Positions 40,537-49,405 of a stretch of DNA of 64,000 nt are shown here, piece by piece (the stretch's first letter is position 1; each line of letters starts with the position of its first letter). The notes under the pieces are model-generated. The model made no database searches. It had not been told where the DNA came from and saw only the letters and a program-made list of their open reading frames with translations. Origin of the DNA: Candidatus Latescibacterota bacterium (lineage in GTDB: Bacteria; Latescibacterota; UBA2968; GCA-2709665); contig OZ242358.1 in assembly GCA_965208835.1 (NCBI GenBank), positions 5,024,001-5,088,000 of the forward strand, written 5' to 3'. A program made the position numbers and the translations under genes.

Positions 40537-40712
40537 TGACCTTTGGCGATCTATATCGCGAGAAAAGTACAGGAAATTCGGAAGCATCGGGCTGCCCACC
40601 ACCACCACGACCCCCGCCACCCACACGCAGCTTCGCCGCGCGTCGCAAAGCCTGAGACGTTAGTGACCATGCGGTCGCAACCCGAAGTCATGAAAGGATA
40701 GGAGTCAAATCG

Positions 40713-41831
40713 GTGAACCGTCTGTTCTTGTCAATGTTCCTCACTCTGTGCAGCACAGGTCATGCTGATGCATCCGATGATTGGAGGATTGGTACTCTGG
40801 CTGAGCAAGGTCTGGATGCGGATACGATAGCGGAGGGTCTGGCCGGGATCCGGGATGGGGAGTACAAGAACCTCCACAGCTTTCTGATTGCTCGGCGAGG
40901 AATTCTCGTACTGGAGGAGTACTTTGCGGGTACCGATGGGTGGCGGGGGCATGTCGTATTCGACAAGGAACATCTGCATGACACACGCTCAGTTTCAAAG
41001 AGTGTAACGTCCGCGCTCGTTGGAATCGCCATTGACAAGGGCTTTATCGATTCTGTTGACGTGCCAATGCATCAATTCTTCCCGGATCACTCCGCGCACA
41101 TAACCGAAACAAAAAAAAAGATCACTCTGAGGCATCTGCTGACGATGACTTCCGGGTTCAGGTGGGACCAATCGGGAGCGCATAAATCCGAGCCCGGTTC
41201 TCCAAACTCGGAAGCTCAGATGGAGAACAGTGACGACTTCATCGGATATGTACTGTCATCTGACATGTCTGACGAACCCGGCAGACGGTTCAACTACAAT
41301 AGCGGTTGTGCAATTCTTCTTGCAGGGGTTATCAAAAAGGCTTCCGGCCTGCACGCAGATGCTTTCGCCAACAAATTTCTCTTTGGACCTCTGGGCATCC
41401 GTCGGAGTGATTGGTGGCGGACAAAGACAGGATTGCCGCAAACACATGCAGGTCTTCGTCTCAGACCCCGTGATCTGGCCAGGATCGGTCAGCTGTACCT
41501 GGACCGGGGGGTGTGGAACGGAGTCGAGGTACTGTCTGCGGAATGGATCGAAGAATCTGTCAGCCCTCAGTTTGGAAACGAACGATACGGGTTTGGCTGG
41601 TGGCTGGATCGCTTCAGTGTTGCCGGATGTCCTGTCAAAACCTTCGTTGCCGAAGGAAATGGCGGTCAGTTCCTGTTCGTGATTCCCGATGTTGAGATGG
41701 TGATTGTCTTCACAGGTGGAAATTACGGGTACACAGTCGCCAACCAGGTCTTTCGCATCGTAACCAGGCATGTCCTGCCTGCGGTGACAGATCACCCCTC
41801 AGAAAGCAGAGGAGAGGCCGATGGGGAGTGA
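40713..41831 (+). CDS. Serine hydrolase, beta-lactamase-related (NylB/AmpC-like fold)
   Basis: RSVSKS (SxxK), TLRHLLTMTSG, PGRRFNYNSG, YGFGWW, AEGNGGQ; signal peptide. Confidence 0.9.
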   Translation: MNRLFLSMFLTLCSTGHADASDDWRIGTLAEQGLDADTIAEGLAGIRDGEYKNLHSFLIARRGILVLEEYFAGTDGWRGHVVFDKEHLHDTRSVSKSVTSALVGIAIDKGFIDSVDVPMHQFFPDHSAHITETKKKITLRHLLTMTSGFRWDQSGAHKSEPGSPNSEAQMENSDDFIGYVLSSDMSDEPGRRFNYNSGCAILLAGVIKKASGLHADAFANKFLFGPLGIRRSDWWRTKTGLPQTHAGLRLRPRDLARIGQLYLDRGVWNGVEVLSAEWIEESVSPQFGNERYGFGWWLDRFSVAGCPVKTFVAEGNGGQFLFVIPDVEMVIVFTGGNYGYTVANQVFRIVTRHVLPAVTDHPSESRGEADGE

Positions 41832-41879
41832 CTGTTCGTTCTCGATGGAGAAGCCGGACAGTAATTCGACAACCACACA

Positions 41880-42046
41880 TGGTGTTCTGTCCCGAAGATT
41901 CCTCACCATTCGACCGCGGATTCATCCCGTCTCGCTACGTTCCCCTCGCTCGCCGACCTTACGCAGGTCACCTGCGCTCAGGCGCCTTGCGAGACGGGCG
42001 ACTCGGCGGTCGAATTCAGGTAACTTATTTCCGGGACAGAACACGA
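41880..42046. mobile_element. MITE-like element with IS630-type ends, copy 2
   Basis: GTGTTCTGTCCCG ... CGGGACAGAACAC perfect 13-bp inverted repeat; interior shared with 18240-18398. Confidence 0.75.
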
Positions 42047-42060
42047 GGAGAACTGTTAGC

Positions 42061-42567
42061 GTGGCAAGGCAACCCCTGCAAGTGATCGTGATACCGTTCA
42101 GGGAGCGTGAGCGTGTTGGACGCGAATTTGCCGTGTTCCATCGGTCGGATGACTCAATGTGGCAGTTCATTGCAGGCGGTGCCGAAGACGATGAGACGGC
42201 AGAGCAAACCGCGCGGCGTGAGGCGGAAGAGGAGGGAGGCATTCCACAGGGGGCACGTTTCTTCAGGCTGGATTCTCGTGCATCCGTTCCCAAGACGGCA
42301 TTCTCACCAACAGAACACTGGCCCAGGGACATCCTTGTCGTGCCGGAATACTCGTTTGCGGTTGATGTAAGCGGTCAGGAACTTGATTTGTCCCATGAAC
42401 ATGACAAGGTGAGCTGGTTGTCTTTTGAGGAAGCCACAAGGCTGCTCACGTGGGAAAGCAACCGAGTCGCACTCTGGGAACTTAACGAACGTCTGAATAC
42501 CGGCCGGATTGACGAGCTTCCGGTTATCGACGACGTGTCGCGTCAACCTGGCCACGGCAACGAGTAA
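42061..42567 (+). CDS. NUDIX pyrophosphatase (NudB-like)
   Basis: WQFIAGGAEDDETAEQTARREAEEEGGI, LSHEH, WESNR. Confidence 0.88.
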   Translation: MARQPLQVIVIPFRERERVGREFAVFHRSDDSMWQFIAGGAEDDETAEQTARREAEEEGGIPQGARFFRLDSRASVPKTAFSPTEHWPRDILVVPEYSFAVDVSGQELDLSHEHDKVSWLSFEEATRLLTWESNRVALWELNERLNTGRIDELPVIDDVSRQPGHGNE

Positions 42568-42646
42568 CACGACCGTGTTTGGCTCAGACCATTCGGCCCT
42601 TCGCGCTATTGGCTTAGGTAGTTCGCGCACGGCGGGAACGTCTGCA
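42562..42646 (+). other. Degenerate attC-like site
   Basis: GAGTAAC (gene stop)-ACGA-CCGTG ... CACGG-CGGGAAC-GTC (GTT altered); shares CCATTCGGCCCTTCGCGC with site 3. Confidence 0.55.
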
Positions 42647-42685
42647 GCACGGCAGCCGAGGGATGATGAGGGAATCGGAGAGCTG

Positions 42686-43594
42686 ATGCACTCCGGAGTG
42701 AGCGGAGATCTGCGGCATCATGTCTTGGTTCCTGCCGAAGGAAAAAGAAAAGTGATACGAATACAGCCCACCAAAACGCGATTCGTCGATATTCATCACC
42801 TGGACTGGGACCTGAAGTGGTCCATCCAGTTTCCGGAAGTCATCACGTCCATGAATGGCGTGACGATGATGTGGCAGAAGATCTGTCCTCAATGGACCAG
42901 GACCGGAGATAACGCGTGGGTCTACGAATGGCAAACAACTCCCGAGTACATCGAGGAGCAGTTGGCATACCATCAAACGGATCCCTCAGGGAAGGTGATT
43001 CGACACAACTTCATAACAGGCCTTGCTCTCAGAGCAGCGTTGTCCGGGCTCGAGGACAGCGTCGAATTGACGTTGACCCTCACGAATCAGTCATCCGCGA
43101 AATTCTATGACGTCGCTTCCGATGGTGGATGTCTCCAGGCAAAGTCATCCGATTTCATCGATCAGGATGAAGTCAGACGATCGTACATCGTGGTCAACGG
43201 CAAGCCGGAGAACATGGGCGATCTTCACAGAACGGTGGATATTCGGACCGCATATCATGCGGATCTCAAGGACTATGAAAAAGAGTGGGTAAACAGGACC
43301 GCGTGGTTCTGGGGAAGAAGCAACACGGCCATAGATCAACCGGCCATCCTGGGCGCCGTTTCTCACGACAGGTCCAGGGCAGTGGCGTTGGGATATGAGT
43401 GCGCAACTTCGGCGCTTCAGAACGCTGACGGCCATCATTGCATGCATAGCAGACCCCATTTTGGCGATGTCGAACCGGGGCAGTCCGTAACTCGCAAGGG
43501 CTGCATCCTGTTCGGCGGCGACTTTCCCGCGCTGGCAAAGCGACTTGGCGGGCTACTCAACAGACCGGAGACCTCCGCCTCGGTTCAGCGTTAG
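42686..43594 (+). CDS. Hypothetical protein
   Basis: Long ORF with protein-like composition; no family recognised; start uncertain. Confidence 0.65.
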   Translation: MHSGVSGDLRHHVLVPAEGKRKVIRIQPTKTRFVDIHHLDWDLKWSIQFPEVITSMNGVTMMWQKICPQWTRTGDNAWVYEWQTTPEYIEEQLAYHQTDPSGKVIRHNFITGLALRAALSGLEDSVELTLTLTNQSSAKFYDVASDGGCLQAKSSDFIDQDEVRRSYIVVNGKPENMGDLHRTVDIRTAYHADLKDYEKEWVNRTAWFWGRSNTAIDQPAILGAVSHDRSRAVALGYECATSALQNADGHHCMHSRPHFGDVEPGQSVTRKGCILFGGDFPALAKRLGGLLNRPETSASVQR

Positions 43595-43876
43595 GGCGCG
43601 TCCAGGTCTGAACACATTTTCGGCCCTGAATTCGCCAACGCTCTTGCCAGCGTGTTTGTCTATAGGTATAATTCCGTATATACCAAGAACCTGCAATCCG
43701 CTCGATTTAAAGCCCTTTTGGGATGGTCGTGTGATTACCATCAAGCCGCTTACTTCCGAATTTACAGATCTGGATGCTGAAGTTCTCGACGGTTGGACTC
43801 TGAATACTTCCATCGAATCTCTTTGTGCTCATTGTTGAGCAGTACGCGATGATTCAGGATTCCCGGAGGGTTGGAG

Positions 43877-44092
43877 ATGAGAAATGAATTCACGGCGGTG
43901 ATCGAACAAGACGACGAATGGATCATTGCCTATTGCCCCGAGATCCCGGGCGCCAATGGACAGGGCAAGACCAGGGATGAAGCCCTTGCGAGCCTGCGGG
44001 ACGCGATATCGCTCATCCTGGAAGATCGTCGGGAGGATGGACTTCGCGCTGTTCCTGCGGAAGCGGAACGTGAAATTGTCGTTATCGAATGA
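43877..44092 (+). CDS. hicB: HicB-family antitoxin
   Basis: FTAVIEQDDEWIIAYCPEIPGANGQGKT.DEA..SLRDAI. Confidence 0.9.
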   Translation: MRNEFTAVIEQDDEWIIAYCPEIPGANGQGKTRDEALASLRDAISLILEDRREDGLRAVPAEAEREIVVIE

Positions 44093-44271
44093 AACGCCAG
44101 GCCTTGCTAAGGCACTTGCGTCGTCACGGTTGCCGTCTCAAGCGCGAAGGGCGTTCGCACTCTCTTTGGATAAATCCTGTCACCGGGGCGATTGAGGCGG
44201 TACCGCGGCACAATGAGATTCCAAATGTTCTTGCTCGTAAGATCTGCAGAGAACTTGGAGTAGCCCGTTAA
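44089..44271 (+). CDS. hicA: HicA-family toxin
   Basis: LLRHLRRHGC.LKREGRSHSLW.NP...VPRHNEI...LARKICREL; ATGA overlap with hicB. Confidence 0.92.
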   Translation: MKRQALLRHLRRHGCRLKREGRSHSLWINPVTGAIEAVPRHNEIPNVLARKICRELGVAR

Positions 44272-44380
44272 GGTCAATAAACGTGCGGTGGTTTTGCGGT
44301 GTCCGCTTCTCGATTGAGGACAATGGTTGGTTTTTGCATGTCTGGCACGAGTGGGGTAAGTTCGAACGGAGGCGTCAAAG

Positions 44381-44617
44381 GTGAGGGGGCATCACGACGT
44401 AAGCGATCTTCATTTTGATGGCGACGAAATGGTCTTGACGATCGACGGCCACGTCAGGAGGTTTAAGATTCGCGATGTATCGTCCATACTCTTGAATGCC
44501 ACATCCAGAGAGAGAAATACATACGAGGTATCACCGTCCGGATACGGCGTTCACTGGCTGATGATCGATGAAGACCTGTCTATCGACGGATTGCCTGGAG
44601 TTAACCTTGATTCGTAA
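44381..44617 (+). CDS. DUF2442-domain protein (putative antitoxin)
   Basis: LLNAT..ERNTYEVSPSGYGVHWLMIDEDLSIDGL. Confidence 0.85.
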   Translation: MRGHHDVSDLHFDGDEMVLTIDGHVRRFKIRDVSSILLNATSRERNTYEVSPSGYGVHWLMIDEDLSIDGLPGVNLDS

Positions 44618-44635
44618 GTCTTCGGGGACGTTAAT

Positions 44636-44712
44636 TCAGATATGTGCTTGTAAATAAAGGCGATTAAACGGCGGATTACCAGGATACACCAGGTCACTGG
44701 ACGTGAAGGGAA
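44636..44712 (-). repeat. Repeat family B, inverted copy
   Basis: TAAAGGCGATTAAACGGCGGATTACCAGGATACACCAGGTCACTGGACGTGAA is a near reverse complement of ~9612-9665. Confidence 0.85.
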
Positions 44713-44953
44713 AAAACGTCATTCCATACGTCGATATTGCCCCGTTTCGGAGGGTCTTATCGCGTCGCCGCGTTGCTGTTTTTTTCGGATTGAGGTTAAT
44801 CACGGCAAGAGGGCGGCCAAAATAGCGTAAATTATGCGACACACACCTGGTGATGGGTTATTTTCGATCGCAATTATAAGATTTAGGCTTGACAAATGAC
44901 CCGTTGTTTGTTATCTTTAGAGTAGACAAGGACAACAAGCAACGGAGGGTAAA

Positions 44954-45208
44954 ATGAGCAAGACCGACAAACTCACCAGAGAGGCTTTATCTGCTTTTCT
45001 TGTAGCAATCGCCGCAACCGTTCGCGAGCTCGATCAAGTTCAACCTGAAGTCCGGACCACGAAAAATTTCGTCGACCGCCTTGATTATCTTCTGCAGTTG
45101 CATCTGGAAAATGAAGACCTTCTCTCTGAGAGTGACAAAGCAGCTGCTCGAAAGCTGCATGCAATGTTTCTGCGGGCATTGGCCGCTGGATATACGCTCG
45201 ATCAATAG
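44954..45208 (+). CDS. Small hypothetical protein upstream of the IS1595 transposase
   Basis: GGAGG RBS, ATG, 84-aa helical ORF; TTGACA at 44889 suggests a promoter. Confidence 0.6.
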   Translation: MSKTDKLTREALSAFLVAIAATVRELDQVQPEVRTTKNFVDRLDYLLQLHLENEDLLSESDKAAARKLHAMFLRALAAGYTLDQ

Positions 45209-45253
45209 ACCGATCGTTTTTGCTGTCCATAAACCTCTCCTTTGGGGGATAAG

Positions 45254-46138
45254 ATGAGCGTTATCAGTATCATAAACCGGTTTCCAACACAGGAAAGTTG
45301 CATTGAACACCTGGAAAAAGTCCGGTTCGGAGATGAGCCGTATTGCCCGCTGTGCGGTGTTGTCGGGAAATGCAAGCGCAAACAGGAAAAGAACCTGGTT
45401 GGACGCTGGAACTGTCATTCCTGCAAATCATCATTCAACGTCCTTTCGGGCACCGTTTTTCAGGGCACACACGTTCCCCTGCAGAAATGGTTTGTGGCTA
45501 TCGAATTGATGCTCAACGCCAAGAAATCGCTGTCAAGCCCGCAACTGGCGCGCGATGCCGGACTCACGCAACCCACGGCGTTGTTTGTACAGAAGCGCAT
45601 ACGCGCGGAAATGGCCTCCAAGCAGGGCAAGATGCTGTTGCAGGGCATCGTAGAGGCAGACGAAACCTATGTCGGCGGCAAGCCTCGCAAGCGCAACAAA
45701 CGCGATGGCGACAAGCCTTCGAAGCGAGGCCGTGGAACGGACAAGACGCCGGTTATCGGAGCGGTCGAAAGGGACGGTAACGTTGTCGCTCGTGTCGCCG
45801 ACGATCTGACCGGCAAGGGCGTTTTGGCCTTCGTGCAGGATCACGTCACGCCTGAAGGATCGGTCTTGATCACGGACGAATACGGCGGATACAACGCCGT
45901 TCAGGGCTCGTACGAGCATCACGTCATCAATCACGCCCGTGAATATGCCCGTGAGGGCGGAATCCATACCAACACGATTGAAGGCGTCTGGAGTCTGTTG
46001 AAACGCGCCTGGTACGGATCCCATCATCACTACTCCAAGAACTACACGCCGCTGTACGTCGCTGAAGCGGTCTACAAGTACAATGCCCGCAAGGATGAGC
46101 TCCCGTTCTACACTTTCCTAGACGGATGCTTCGCCTAA
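45254..46138 (+). mobile_element. IS1595-family transposase
   Basis: Zn ribbon CPLCG...CHSC; VEADETYVGG, KTPVIGAVER, LITDE, HHVINH, HTNTIEGVWS.LKR. Confidence 0.93.
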
Positions 46139-47457
46139 GCGGCAAGCGGTATCTCGACGCGCCTGCCTGCGAAATAGTCCTCCACCGTGTATATCTGCAC
46201 GCACGGCGCGCCCTTGTATTTCCCCGCACTCGCGGCCGTGTCCCGCATCCCCTGAGTTACCCGATCCTCAAAACACGTGAACACGCCTAGGTCGGCGTTG
46301 ACCTGTTGACGTGCGGTATTGAACGCCTGCACGTCTCGCGGCTGCGTATGCCCGCCCTTCACCTGCGAGACAACGTCCAGGAACACGCCCTTGCGGATCG
46401 GGAACCGGCCACGCCCATCGATCCCGCCGTCCCCAGTCTGCTTAACATTCGGCGATACGCCATCCACCAGCGAGGCCGCCCACCGCTCGAACTTGAACGG
46501 CTCGCGCTCGGCAAGGACACGCGCGTCCGGTCCGGTCTTTGGCATCCCGTTGAAATCCACCTGGAAGATGAAGTCCTCAAACCGGTCGCACAACCGCTTT
46601 TCGATGATCTTGCAAGCGTTCACACACACGTCTATCCCGATCCAGTTGCGATTCAAGCGCATCGCAGCTTCAATCGTCGTTCCGCATCCGGCGAAAGGAT
46701 CAAGCACAATATCGCCTGGGTTACTGCTCGCCTTTAGAATCCGCTCAAGCAAGGCAACGGGCTTCTGCGTGGGATAGCCCAGGCGTTCCTTTGCGCTATT
46801 TGTCAAAATTGGGAGTTGCCACCAATCAAAAGGAATCCGCCCCAAGGGGTTCATCTTTGTGTAAATTCTATCGCCAACTACTTTCGGGGTTCGTGACTTA
46901 TGCGGAGACGAATAAGGCTCTCTTACCGCATCGACATTGAATTTCCAACGTCCAGACGCGGAAAAAAAGAGGATAGTGTCATGCTTGCGGGAATAGTGCC
47001 GCTTGCTCGCCCCGCCGGAACCATAGCACCAAATGATTTCGTTCACAAAGTTTCGAGAAAACACCCCATCCATGACAACCTTCAAGTAATGACTCATCGT
47101 CGGATCGCAGTGCAGGTAAATTGACCCCGTGTCCTTCAGGACGCGCCTGCACTCCCGCAGCCTGTTGGCCATGTAGGACAGATACGCCAGGTTCGACCCT
47201 TCGCCCAGGATGAGGCGCAGGCCTTCCATTGTCGGCGCGAGCTCTGAATCCTGGGCAACATCATGGAAATCGTCTACCGCCTCACTCCACCGCCAGGTGT
47301 CGTCAAAGGCTACCCACTGCGCGCCGCCGATGTAGGCGTTGTAGAGGCGTTTTGAGTTGAAGGGCGGATCCAGATAGATCAGGTCAACGCTCTGATCGTC
47401 TATATCTTCCCGCATCACGTCCAGACAATCGCCGAAATACAGCATGTTGTTGCCCAT
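46135..47457 (-). CDS. Beta-class N6/N4 DNA methyltransferase with C-terminal Mrr-like domain
   Basis: LIYLDPPFNS, GYPTQKP..LLERI, VLDPFAGCGTT; then FERWA...GDGGIDG...VSQVKGG (D-x(n)-QxK). Confidence 0.88.
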   Translation of the reverse strand: MGNNMLYFGDCLDVMREDIDDQSVDLIYLDPPFNSKRLYNAYIGGAQWVAFDDTWRWSEAVDDFHDVAQDSELAPTMEGLRLILGEGSNLAYLSYMANRLRECRRVLKDTGSIYLHCDPTMSHYLKVVMDGVFSRNFVNEIIWCYGSGGASKRHYSRKHDTILFFSASGRWKFNVDAVREPYSSPHKSRTPKVVGDRIYTKMNPLGRIPFDWWQLPILTNSAKERLGYPTQKPVALLERILKASSNPGDIVLDPFAGCGTTIEAAMRLNRNWIGIDVCVNACKIIEKRLCDRFEDFIFQVDFNGMPKTGPDARVLAEREPFKFERWAASLVDGVSPNVKQTGDGGIDGRGRFPIRKGVFLDVVSQVKGGHTQPRDVQAFNTARQQVNADLGVFTCFEDRVTQGMRDTAASAGKYKGAPCVQIYTVEDYFAGRRVEIPLAA

Positions 47458-47811
47458 GTCATCCCCCGTAAATCGAGCAGATTTGCAGTTGTACCGCCGG
47501 ATTCCGTATATAGTTAAGGCGATGACTTCCGCAAATCAAGCACTATTTGCTCTTTTCCCGGGAGACAACTTCCCCGTTGATGATACCCTATTCCGCCTGA
47601 TCCGTCAAGCCTGAATCTTATATTTGCGTTTTCGATTAGAGTGGAGAGGAGCAATTCGAAATAAATCCTTGATGTTATGAAATCGGCGTCGTATATTTCA
47701 TATTCACAGGCTGCACGTCGCCAACGTTGAGAGGGTCGACAATTCGTCACGGCGGTCGTTCCTCAGGAGGACCTTTCAGATTTAAATAACGCAGCAATTA
47801 CATAGATATTT

Positions 47812-47960
47812 CGGATTCAGGTTACAAAACAGGGAAAACGGTGAAAATCCGTTGCGGTCCCGCCGCTGTAACTGGGGATGTTTCCGGCAAAGATGCCACT
47901 GGTCAAGAACCGGGAAGGCGCTGGAAACAGATGATCCAGGAGCCAGAAGACCTGCCTGAA
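47812..47960 (+). ncRNA. Cobalamin riboswitch
   Basis: AGGGAAAACGGTGAAAATCCGTTGCGGTCCCGCCGCTGTAA ... GCCACTG ... GGGAAGGC ... AGCCAGAAGACCTGCC, upstream of corrinoid genes. Confidence 0.95.
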
Positions 47961-48039
47961 TCTTAGGCCTAATCGATTTCCTCGTGGATGTGGGAAAAGG
48001 TGACATAAACGCGTGCTTCGGTCGCGTGGTTGGCAATTG

Positions 48040-48074
48040 CCCTGATTTCCGCATGGAAATCGGGGATTTTTTTT
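48040..48074 (+). terminator. Intrinsic terminator, likely the riboswitch expression platform
   Basis: CCCTGATTTCC-GCAT-GGAAATCGGGG hairpin followed by T8. Confidence 0.85.
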
Positions 48075-48277
48075 GAAGCAGTTAGCTATCAGCCGTCAGC
48101 AGTCAGCTTGAAACGAAAGGCGCAATGTCCGCGCCGTGTCAGCATCTGTAAGGGAAACCCTTGTGGGTTGCCCCCGTCGTGGCGCACACATCGCTGATAG
48201 ACGCCGCGGGACCGTATCACGAACCGGTACATGATGTATGCTGATAGCTGTTTTTTCCGATGACCGGAGGATTCCAC

Positions 48278-49402
48278 GTGTTGAATATCAGATCCTGGAC
48301 CCGTCTGTTTTGTTGCATCGGTATCTGCGTGGCGGCGATACCGGTCCATGCGAAGGTGTCACTGAAATATGCCGAGGGTTTTCGCGTTGACTACTTCGAC
48401 GGATTCAAGGTCGTGGCCGTCGTCGTGCCGGGGTCCGAAGCGGGGGAAACGCTTCAATACGTCCTGGTACAACGCGGCAGGAAACCGCCCGATGGCTACG
48501 AAGGCGTCCCCAGGATTCGGATTCCCGTGCGCAAGATGATCACGACATCCACGACGCACCTGCCCCACATCGAAAAGCTGGATGAGATCAACAGCCTCGT
48601 TGCGGTCGACAACATCAAATTTGTCAATTCGAGAGCCGTAAGGAAGCGTTTCGCGGACGGCAAGATATCGGAAGTCGGCAGAGGAAGGTCCATCGACATG
48701 GAGCGGGTCCTCGTGCTCCGGCCCGATATCGTCGTCATCGACGCCCCTTCACAGGACAATGCATACCATTCGCTCCTGCAGGCCGGGGTGGCCGCCGTGG
48801 TGAATGCCGCCTACACCGAACCGACACTGCTCGGGCGCGTGGAGTGGCTCAAATTCGCCGGCGTCTTCTTCAACAAGGAGAGTCTGGCCGCCGCACAGTT
48901 CGACAGTATTGCAGCCAGGTACGACGCGCGCAAATCGTTGACCGCGAACTTACAGCCTGCCAGGAAACCCACCGTGTTCGTCGGATCCCTGTGGCGGGGA
49001 ACCTGGTTTATGTCGGGCGGAAGATCATATCCGGCGCAACTGCTCGAGGACGCGGGCGCGAATTACCTGTGGGGGGACAATGAATCGCGGCGGAGCCTGT
49101 CGCTGGATTTCGAAGCGGTCTACGAAAAGGCGCAAGATGCCGAAATCTGGATCACCATGAGAAACGAATGGCGAGCCATAGGCGACGTTGTGGCGGAAGA
49201 TGAACGATACGGGAAATTCAATGCGGTGGGGACGGGCAGGGTATTCAACGCCAATGCGCGCCTCAATAAACACGGCGGCAACGACTATTGGGAAACCGGA
49301 CTGATCGAACCGGACGTGCTGCTGGCCGATATCATAAAGATCCTTCACCCGGACCTGGCCCCGGATCACCAACTCAAGTACTATCGGAAGCTCGATCCAT
49401 AA
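48278..49402 (+). CDS. Corrinoid/iron ABC transporter substrate-binding protein (BtuF-like)
   Basis: IPVRKMIT.STTH, DMERVL.LRPD, EPTLLGRVEWLKF, GGNDYWE.G...PD; first gene under the B12 riboswitch. Confidence 0.88.
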   Translation: MLNIRSWTRLFCCIGICVAAIPVHAKVSLKYAEGFRVDYFDGFKVVAVVVPGSEAGETLQYVLVQRGRKPPDGYEGVPRIRIPVRKMITTSTTHLPHIEKLDEINSLVAVDNIKFVNSRAVRKRFADGKISEVGRGRSIDMERVLVLRPDIVVIDAPSQDNAYHSLLQAGVAAVVNAAYTEPTLLGRVEWLKFAGVFFNKESLAAAQFDSIAARYDARKSLTANLQPARKPTVFVGSLWRGTWFMSGGRSYPAQLLEDAGANYLWGDNESRRSLSLDFEAVYEKAQDAEIWITMRNEWRAIGDVVAEDERYGKFNAVGTGRVFNANARLNKHGGNDYWETGLIEPDVLLADIIKILHPDLAPDHQLKYYRKLDP

Positions 49403-49405
49403 CCT

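Noticed and set aside
40713-41831. Beta-lactam resistance gene
   Set aside because: SxxK and YxS fit the broad serine hydrolase family; the KTG motif of true AmpC enzymes is absent.
44800-47530. Terminal inverted repeats for the IS1595 element
   Set aside because: I found no convincing matching pair by eye, so the boundaries are left undefined.
48078-48110. Short GCTATCAGC/GTCAGC heptamer-like run (inverse GCTGATAGCTG near 48240 and 53140)
   Set aside because: Too short and degenerate to assign a function.
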